Source: Octopus vulgaris
Taxonomy: Eukaryota
DNA length: 64,000 nt
Assembly (NCBI GenBank): GCA_951406725.2
Contig: OX597816.1
Span: 152,892,001-152,956,000, forward strand
Reading direction: 5' to 3'
Shown here piece after piece: positions 54,935 to 64,000 of the stretch. The notes under the pieces were generated by a model. That model ran no database searches and was not told where the DNA came from. It was given only the letters and a program-made list of their open reading frames with translations. Each line of letters opens with the position of its first letter. Positions within the stretch are counted from its first letter, which is position 1. Position numbers and translations under genes: made by a program.

Positions 54935-55561
54935 TCTAGTTTCAGCTCAGAGCTGCGGCCATGCTGATGCACCGCCGTTTTGTGCTACACTGTTATTACG
55001 ACGAACCTCGTCTAATATGTGGCACTTGGTGAAGAATGGAGTTTGATACAGCTACTCTCATTTGCACCTCTTGCCGTGAGGTAGGTTCATTTGGGACTCT
55101 TGACAGGAAGATGTCCAGCTTTGATTTAAAAACCGCTACATCTACTTTGTGCAAGTTCCTCAGACTCTTTGGGAGAATATTAAAAAGCTGTGAGCCCTTG
55201 AAACCCAGGCTGTTGCCGAAGCTGGTCCTGAAGCGTGATGGCATTGCTGGGATCTTTGGCACTATGCAGTGTCGTCCCGTTCTAGCATTGGTGTAGCTTA
55301 CAATGCCAAAATTTGGCACAATTCCTTCCAGGATCTTCCAGACATATATTACTGCATACCTCTCCCGTCTTCTCTCCAGGGAGTAGAGTCTTAGCTGTTT
55401 CAGCCTTTCCCAGTAGCTGAGCTGTTGCAAAGAGACGATCTTCTTTGTGAATCTTCTCTGGATTGCTTCAAGGTCCGCTGTTAATTTTACACTGGTGGGT
55501 GACCATAGCTGTGAGCAGTAATCCAGGCGACTGAGGACGAATGTCCGCCAGAGGACCATCA
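54935..55561 (-). mobile_element. 3' fragment of CR1-like LINE (family of 52210-53525) with an open reading frame
   Basis: LWRTFVLSRLDYCSQLWSP...LEAIQRRFTK...YWERLKQLRLYSLERRRER...FKSKLDIFL, followed by the family tail. Confidence 0.92.
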
Positions 55562-55797
55562 TGTGTATATATATATGTATATATGTATATCTATATATAT
55601 ATATATATATATATTTCTTCTGGATGAAAGAAATCTCTGAGCTGATGAAGGAAAAGTGGCGTTTAACCCACGAATCCAGAAACAGGCTGTTCTCGGGTAT
55701 CTTATATATATATATATATATATATACAGATAGACAAATAGATAGATAGATAGATGTATATATAAGTATGTATGCATGTATGTATATGTGTGTGCGC

Positions 55798-55850
<53 letters not shown>

Positions 55851-56126
55851 ATCTCTGAGTGCATTGTTTTTCTGGCCATCAAATGCGCATGTAAGTGCTT
55901 GTAAACGTGTTGTCTTCATCAAGGACGTTCATCGTGTGCGTTGCTGTTTCCATCGTCTGTTTACACTATAGCAAAGAGGCCAATGTTACGCGAAAATAGC
56001 TGAACTATCATAAACACAATTACGTACAGTTTGCTACGGGAATAACTATTTAAGTGTGCTTAAATAGCTGAAACAACATTGAAATAGAATTTTATTGTAT
56101 CTTACGGAAATGATGTGGCCTATATA

Positions 56127-56195
<69 letters not shown>

Positions 56196-56550
56196 AATAG
56201 TAAAAAGTGAAAAAACTACAGAAGGCTTAAAGGTTAAAAAATATATATTTAAGTCAATATGTCTGAAGAATATTAAAAATTTTTTTCTTACAATGACAAA
56301 GTTTAGAAGAAAGACCGGTTCCGCGTTTAGCTTTTCAAATTTCTAACGTCTTTATGTTTATGTTGAACAGAGTTATCGTTATGTTTATGTTTAAAAGAGT
56401 TCTAAAAAGATTTATATATATATATAAATCTTATCTTCATAAAAGTTAATCTGTACTCTACTAATAAATATTGAGTGATTCTTCATTATAAGGTTAGACT
56501 GTTTTTATACATAACTTCTCATAAGAACTAACATCAAGGCTCGATAGCTC

Positions 56551-57812
56551 CAGGTATTGGACAAAATAAAGAAAATACCTAGCAAATAGCATCATGATTT
56601 TTAAATATCTATAAAACTGTCAAAAGCTAGATTATTTTAATGTTTTTTTCTTATTATTAGTGTTGCTTTATATGCTTTGCTAAAATTACTGTTTCTTTTC
56701 AGAAATCATCAGAAACAGGTAATTAAGATTCATTGGAATGACAGATCTATCGGACTTTCAAAAATGTCAAATTGTTGGTGCTCGTAAAATTGCAGGTGCT
56801 AGCGTAATGAAAACAGCCGAAATGTTTGGTGTATCAAGAAGTACTGTCTCGAAAGTAATGACAGCCTTTGAGAAAGACAGAAAAACCTCCTCATCGAAAC
56901 AAAACTCCAGAAGAAAACCAAAACTTTCAGATAGGGACTGTCGGACTCTTACGTAAATTGTTAGAAAGGATCACAAAAGTACAGCTCCCAAAATTACTGC
57001 AGAGCTTAATGACCACATCCAGAACCCGATTTCCACAAAAACTGTTTGCCGGGACCTGCACAAAGTCGAATTTCACGAGAGGGCTGCAATCAGAAAACCA
57101 CTACTTTCAAAATCAAACGTTGCAAAGCGTTTAGAGTGGAGTAAAATCCTACAGAATTGGCCCCTAGAGCAGTGGAAGAATGTTATTTTCTCGGACAAGT
57201 CATTCTTTACCTTATTTCTGACCACCGGCCGAGTATACGTGCGGAGACACCCAAAAAAGCATTTGACCCAGTCACTGCCTTCTTCCAACTGTTAAACATG
57301 GAGGAAGATCTGTGATGATCTGGCGGGAGGGCGGGGGCTATATCTTGGAAATCTGCCGGCCCAATGGTTTCCCTGCATGGTATAATTAATAGTCAAGACT
57401 ATTTAAGTATTTTATCTGATCAAATTCATCCTATGGTTGCTGTTTCCGGAGAGAAACGCAATCTTTCAGGATGATAATGCACCAATTCACACAGCTAAAG
57501 TTGTTACTGAAAGGCATGAGGAACATCTTATCTGGCTACCACAGTCTACAAATCTCAATATTATAGAACATTTATGGTACCTTTTAGAAAAACATGTAAG
57601 GAGTTGATATCCTCCACGATCATCACTACAAGAACCGGACACTGTTTTAACTGAAGAATGGATAAAAATTCCTTTGGAAACAATTCAAACTTTGTTCGAG
57701 TCCATACCTTGCAGAATTGAAGCAGTAATTAGTACCAAAGGTGGTCCCACCCCATATTAAAATAAATTTGTTTGAAATATGAAGGTGTTTCCATTATTTT
57801 GTCCAACCCCTA
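56551..57812 (+). mobile_element. Full-length but mutated Tc1-like transposon (same family as 14196)
   Basis: Left TIR caggtattggacaaaataa and right TIR aggtgtttccattattttgtccaacccct; MTDLSDFQ..., FQDDNAPIH; stops and frameshifts. Confidence 0.95.
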
Positions 57813-57814
57813 TG

Positions 57815-58030
57815 TGTAATAATCTACATATGGAAAATTGAGTGTTATACAAATGCCAGAACTGGACATCGTTGTGTTGTACAAAAGGTAGCGACCACTC
57901 AGTCAAAATTGAGGGCATTGTACTGCAGTAGCTTAGGGTTCAAAGGCCCACAGCTCTTGATTGCCATGCTGCAAAAATGAAGGTAAAGGTGCAAAATCGC
58001 GGTGGTGGTCCAGTCGCACCGCTGAAATGA
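57815..58030 (+). mobile_element. Deleted CR1-like LINE 3' fragment
   Basis: tatacaaatgccagaactggacatcgttgt...ttagggttcaaaggcccacagctctt matches 53170-53280. Confidence 0.6.
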
Positions 58031-58037
58031 ATAACAG

Positions 58038-58100
<63 letters not shown>

Positions 58101-58271
58101 AGAAGGTGAATGAATTATCCTAGTATGGATAATTCGGTTAACCGATACCTGGGTAGCAAATTCACGTCAGAAGACAAGCTATATGTTCCCGTGTGTAAAT
58201 TTGTGTGTTTTTTTTAACTATGAATAAATGAAAGAATGGAGTCGAACGACGATTTTAACAAAATTCCTTTA

Positions 58272-58354
58272 CTCTTGACACATGTTTCGAAGGCTGCATA
58301 TTCCTAATTCCGAAGGAATAAAGGGTGCATTATGCTGCCATCTCATCAGGAAAG
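58272..58354 (-). ncRNA. Type I hammerhead ribozyme (left arm copy)
   Basis: Same core as the right arm; the first base after GTC is A, which weakens stem I. Confidence 0.65.
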
Positions 58355-58418
58355 ACAAGGAACTTATGTCAGCACCATGAAGAGCAAAAACTTCATGGTG
58401 CTGACATAAGTTCCTTGT

Positions 58419-58501
58419 CTTTCCTGATGAGATGGCAGCATAATGCACCCTTTATTCCTTCGGAATTAGGAATATGCAGCCTTCGAAACATGTGTCGAGA
58501 G
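58419..58501 (+). ncRNA. Type I hammerhead ribozyme with extended stem II (right arm copy)
   Basis: CTTTC-CTGATGA-GATGGCAGCATA...TATGCAGCCTTC-GAAAC-ATGT-GTC-GAGAG. Confidence 0.8.
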
Positions 58502-58543
58502 TAAAAGAATTTTGTTAAAATCGTCGTTCGACTACATTCTTTC

Positions 58544-58662
<119 letters not shown>

Positions 58663-58669
58663 GTATGCA

Positions 58670-58837
58670 TAGGCGCATGCATGGCTGTGTGGTAAGAAGC
58701 TTGCTTCCCAACCCCACGGTTCCAGGTTCAGTCTCACTGTGTGACACCGTGGGCAAGTGTTTTCTACTTAGTTTCAGACCGACCAAAACCTTGTAAGTGG
58801 TAGACGGAAACTGAAAGAAGCCCGTCATATATATATG

Positions 58838-58887
<50 letters not shown>

Positions 58888-59105
58888 TGTGTGTGTGTGT
58901 GTCTGTGTTTATGTGTGTGTTTGTGTTTGTCATCCCGTCATCGCTTGATAATCGATGCTATTGTGTTTATGTCCCCGTAACTTAGCGGTTCGGTAAAAGA
59001 TACCCCTTGAATAAGTACTAGGCTTACAAAGAATAAGTCCTGGTGTCAATTTCTTCAACTAAAAACCCTTTAAGGTGGTGTTCTAGCATGTAATAAAATG
59101 AATAA
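58670..59105 (+). mobile_element. SINE family B, full length (tRNA-derived head, internal TG tract, LINE-like tail)
   Basis: A box TGGCTGTGTGG, B box GGTTCAGTC, body aataagtactaggcttacaaagaataagtcc, tail aaggtggtgttctagcatgg. Confidence 0.88.
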
Positions 59106-59128
59106 AAGAATACATACATATATACATA

Positions 59129-59192
<64 letters not shown>

Positions 59193-59200
59193 TATATATA

Positions 59201-59429
59201 CAGGGTTTTAAGTCTCTCCGCAGTAAGTATTTAATGGATTTCGGGCGATTCTTGTACACTGGGCCTTTACTTCCTCCCGAGAAGAAAAAGTCGGGCGGTG
59301 TAAAATCTGGTGATCTTGGTGGCCAAAGTCCCTTCGAAATAATCCGTTCACCGAAAACTCTTGAGGTAACGCCATGGTGATGCGAAGGATGAAAAAAATT
59401 TATTACGAAGACACTTTTTGAACACCGTG
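59201..59429 (-). mobile_element. Internally deleted Tc1/mariner derivative
   Basis: TA-CAGGGT...CACCGTG-TA ends; the minus strand encodes WPPRSPDFTPPDFFF...VYKNRP. Confidence 0.75.
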
Positions 59430-59430
59430 T

Positions 59431-59485
<55 letters not shown>

Positions 59486-59486
<1 letters not shown>

Positions 59487-59876
59487 TAGCAGTATCGCCC
59501 GGCGTTGCTCGGGTTTGTAAGGGAAATAACTATATAAGCATTTTTAGAGATGTAAAGTATAATAGCCATCTCAATATGTCTAACCACAAAGGGGTGTTAC
59601 TGTAGCTTTTTACGTTCTAAGATTTAATAATAAATTTTTAGAGAGTTACTTCCCTTATATATGCCAAAAATGCATTAAAAATGCGAAAAATTGATGGTAA
59701 TTTTTTTTTAATCGTAGACTCATCTTAGACGCTTTCTAATACCCAGAAGGGCTCGATATGAATCACGACTATAAGATACCCGGTTTTGGTTCAACTGCAC
59801 CGCAAAATGTGGGAGCAGTTAGGAATCTAAATCGTAGGAGACAGACAGCACACAACCTCACTTATATATATAAAGA
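59486..59876 (-). mobile_element. Non-autonomous Helitron
   Basis: Minus strand runs 5' TC (tctttatatata) to a cccgagcaacgccggg hairpin plus CTAG, inserted in (TA)n. Confidence 0.85.
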
Positions 59877-60003
59877 TATATAATAGAGATCAGAGAAATC
59901 AGATTTTTGTGTGCTAGGCTACTGGTTTTAAATTGATGTTAATTAAATTAATATTCAATCTATCTCCCTCATTATTTAAATTATATATATATATATATAT
60001 GTA

Positions 60004-60050
<47 letters not shown>

Positions 60051-60454
60051 CAGGATAAATCTCTGCTAGAATTTCCACTCGTGTGTGTTCTGTTGCTCAT
60101 TCAACTCAATTACAAGTCTCACTGAGTTCGTGAGAAAGTAGCTGAGTATACCAGTATTTCTCAGGCACAATCAGCGTGACGCTGTGTGACAGAGTTGGAT
60201 TTTTGTTTTACAACTACAATCCATTTAATGAGATTCCGTACAGTATCCCATTACGCAATTTTGGTTGTACCGAGACTGTAGCCACAACGCCACGCAGCAG
60301 AATTGAAACTGTAATCACTGAGATGGTAACTTTATAACCATTCAACCAAACTATTACTATATGCGTATTTGCGCGCGTGCTTGTGTGAGTGTGTGTGTAT
60401 GTGTGTGTGTGTGAGTTCGCACGTGCGAGTGTGTGCACGCGGTTTTGCGCGCAT

Positions 60455-60493
60455 ATAAGTATATATGTATATGTATGTGGATATATATATAGA

Positions 60494-60578
<85 letters not shown>

Positions 60579-60596
60579 TATATATATGTATATATA

Positions 60597-60658
<62 letters not shown>

Positions 60659-60668
60659 ATTATGTATA

Positions 60669-60724
<56 letters not shown>

Positions 60725-60808
60725 TATATGTATATGCGTCTATCTATCTATCTATCTGTCTATCTACCTATCTGTATACATACATACATACATACATACA
60801 TACATACA

Positions 60809-60868
<60 letters not shown>

Positions 60869-61081
60869 TATGTACATAGGTAGTCACATATAGGCGCATA
60901 ATGCTAAATGTATCTCTGCAAAAGAAACCGGTAGAATAAGTACTAGGCTTACAAGTCCTAGGTCGATTTGTTCGACTAAAGGCGATGCTCCAGCATGGCC
61001 GCAGTCAAATGACTGAAACAAGTAAAAGAGCCAAAGAGTATGTGTGTATATATATATACATATATATACATATATGTATTC

Positions 61082-61118
<37 letters not shown>

Positions 61119-61150
61119 GATATATATATAAGTGTGTATACATATATATA

Positions 61151-61221
<71 letters not shown>

Positions 61222-61535
61222 ATAAATATATAAATATATACACACATACATACATATATAAGTGTGTATACGTAAGTATATATGAGTATATGCGGAGTGA
61301 GTAAATTTTCTCACTCAATTTTTAGTTAGTCGATAAATAAATTTTCTAACTCGTTTCCATTCGTGTCAGCCATGTGAACTATATGAAAGTACTTTTCATG
61401 AATCCAATATATTTAAAGTCTCATACTCTGTAATGCAGCTATTTCCCATGCATACCTATAGGCATACAATATATGTGTCCTTACCTCTGTGTGTGTGTGT
61501 GTGAACGTGTATTCTATATATATAGTTTAACAGAC

Positions 61536-61588
<53 letters not shown>

Positions 61589-61627
61589 TGCATACATACA
61601 TACATACATAAACACATACATACATAC

Positions 61628-61678
<51 letters not shown>

Positions 61679-61904
61679 TATACGCACATAGATATTACGT
61701 TTATACATTCCCACACAAATATATATTTTCCATGCGTTTTTGTTCGTGTGTATGTTTGCGTGTTATTTAATAATTTTTCTTAGCCATTTTGGGAAAGTCC
61801 TCACAGTATAAATAGACGAATATATTTAGATGTCTATCTATCTATCTATCTAGATATGTATTTATATATATATATATAATTGTATATTTATATATATATA
61901 TACA

Positions 61905-61969
<65 letters not shown>

Positions 61970-62097
61970 TATTATATATATATATATATATATTCATACA
62001 CACACATATTTAGACAAACTGGTACACACATCCATGAATGCATACTATTATATCAGAAAAAGAAAGAAAAGAGGGAACACATGTGTATGAGTGTGTG

Positions 62098-62138
<41 letters not shown>

Positions 62139-62666
62139 TCAAAACATTTCTTTTTGAAAACAATCAAGGAAAACGAATGAAGCAAGAAAATTAAAGAAAA
62201 TATATAACAAATATATCCAAATATATTCTATGACGGTTACCTGGACATTTGGTTAAATCCACTTCTTGTTTTGACTATGGTATGTGATGTGACTGAATGA
62301 GTAGTCTTCAGGTGACTAATACCATGTTCCTACGCTCCATGTGGATCTTGTCATACAGAGATCTAATTCTAGTTCCGCTCTAACTCACAAACACACATAC
62401 ATACGCTCTCAAATACATAGATATATATTTATATATTGCTATTCATAGGTACGTATGCAAAAAAATACGTATGTATATATGTATAAATATATATATAAAC
62501 ACAAATCTAGCACTAGTACAATTACTACTCCCACTAATGCCACTCCCAACAACAAACCAATCCAAAATATACATCAAACAGCGATAACAATAACGACAAA
62601 AGGTGCCAACACAGACACTATACTAACATTATATATATATATCTGTGTTGTATATATATAAATATG

Positions 62667-62736
<70 letters not shown>

Positions 62737-62791
62737 ATGTATATATATATATATATATGTATGTATATACATATGTATGTATATTCATATG

Positions 62792-62835
<44 letters not shown>

Positions 62836-63096
62836 CATATATATATATACATATATATATATATGTATGTGTGTGTATATATATATATATATATATCTGT
62901 GTGTGTGTGTGTGTGTGTGTGTCTGTATCTATGTATGTATATCCCCATATCCTCTGTATGTATATCTTGTAAATGTCTATGACTATGATACTGATAGGAT
63001 GCTGAAGCCGATGATGATTTTAATAATGATGATGATGACGACTTCGAAAAAGAAGAGGAACTACTACTACTAACAACAACAACAACAACGACGACG

Positions 63097-63150
<54 letters not shown>

Positions 63151-63208
63151 TGTTGACTGTCAAATAAAAGTCAATAAACTAGTTCTGAAATTTGTAAAAG
63201 AAAACATA

Positions 63209-63260
<52 letters not shown>

Positions 63261-63329
63261 GTACGTGTGTGTGTGTGTGTGTGTATGTGTGAGAGCGTAT
63301 GTGTATCATAATTATGTGTATGTAAGCAA

Positions 63330-63388
<59 letters not shown>

Positions 63389-63400
63389 AGTATGCGAATA
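60455..63400. repeat. Dense field of (TA)n, (TACA)n, (TG)n and (AAT)n microsatellites with short spacers
   Basis: Read directly from the sequence. Confidence 0.9.
60915..61030 (+). mobile_element. SINE family B 3' fragment
   Basis: gaataagtactaggcttaca...aaggcgatgctccagcatggccgcagtcaaatgactgaaacaagt. Confidence 0.85.
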
Positions 63401-64000
63401 GGTACATATTTGCATGTGTGTGTTTGTGTGTTACGTGCTTTTATAGACACGTGTTGGGGATGTGTAAAAAAAAAAACCTCAGCTCAACAAGTAAACGAGC
63501 AAATGACAGAAAAAAAAAAGGAAAGGAAAAAGAGAGAATGAATGAAAATAAGAATATGCAAATTTACATGAAGTAAGTAAGGTAACACCTGAAGTGATGT
63601 TGGCATAATAGAGACGAAGTTGGCGGTAAATGGAAGGGAGGGAGGAGAGAAAGAGTGAGAGAGAGAAGGCAAGAGAAGGGAAGAGAGTGAAGGGTGAGGA
63701 AAAGAGTGAGAATGTGTGTCAGTGGTGAGGGTGGAAAATAGGTGTAGAAATGTAGTGAAAAAGACAGAATGTGTGCACGTGGGTGGGGACTTGTTTGAAC
63801 AGAGATATGTGTTTGAGGTTGAGTGTATATGTATGTATGTATGTATGCATGTATGTATGTATGTATGTATGTATGTATGTATGTATGTATGTATGCATGC
63901 ACGTATGTATGCATGTATGTATTATGTATGTATGTATAAATGTATGTCTGTCTGTATGTATAAAATAGACAGTTTTGAAGGAAGCAAAGAAAGAGAAAGT

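Noticed and set aside
54996-55922. 308-aa ORF as a host gene
   Set aside because: It is a chance fusion of TA repeats with the 3' part of a CR1-like LINE ORF2.
56311-56340. Hammerhead-like TTGAAAAGC...GCGGAACCGGTC on the minus strand
   Set aside because: It has several core substitutions, so it is counted only as an eroded trace and not listed as a feature.

Overview
This is eukaryotic, AT-rich, microsatellite-saturated DNA. The repeat repertoire points to a coleoid cephalopod, probably Octopus, though that is an inference. I found no confidently identifiable host gene, and almost all listed ORFs are translations of microsatellites or of decayed transposons. The window holds many decayed mobile elements: a Ty3/Gypsy gag-protease relic, L1/Tx1-like, RTE, CR1-like and RLE-type (R4/NeSL-like) LINE fragments, two Penelope-like GIY-YIG remnants, Tc1 and mariner copies, non-autonomous Helitrons, several MITEs/foldbacks and tRNA-derived SINE families. 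The most interesting signal is non-coding: about 15 type I hammerhead-ribozyme-like motifs (CUGANGA...GAAAC...NUH) from several unrelated families, mostly beside (TA)n tracts. Some form outward-facing inverted pairs, including a near-perfect 320-bp palindrome at 58227-58546 with a hammerhead on each strand. Ribozyme activity is inferred from pairing read by eye and has not been tested. Element boundaries are approximate unless terminal motifs are quoted.
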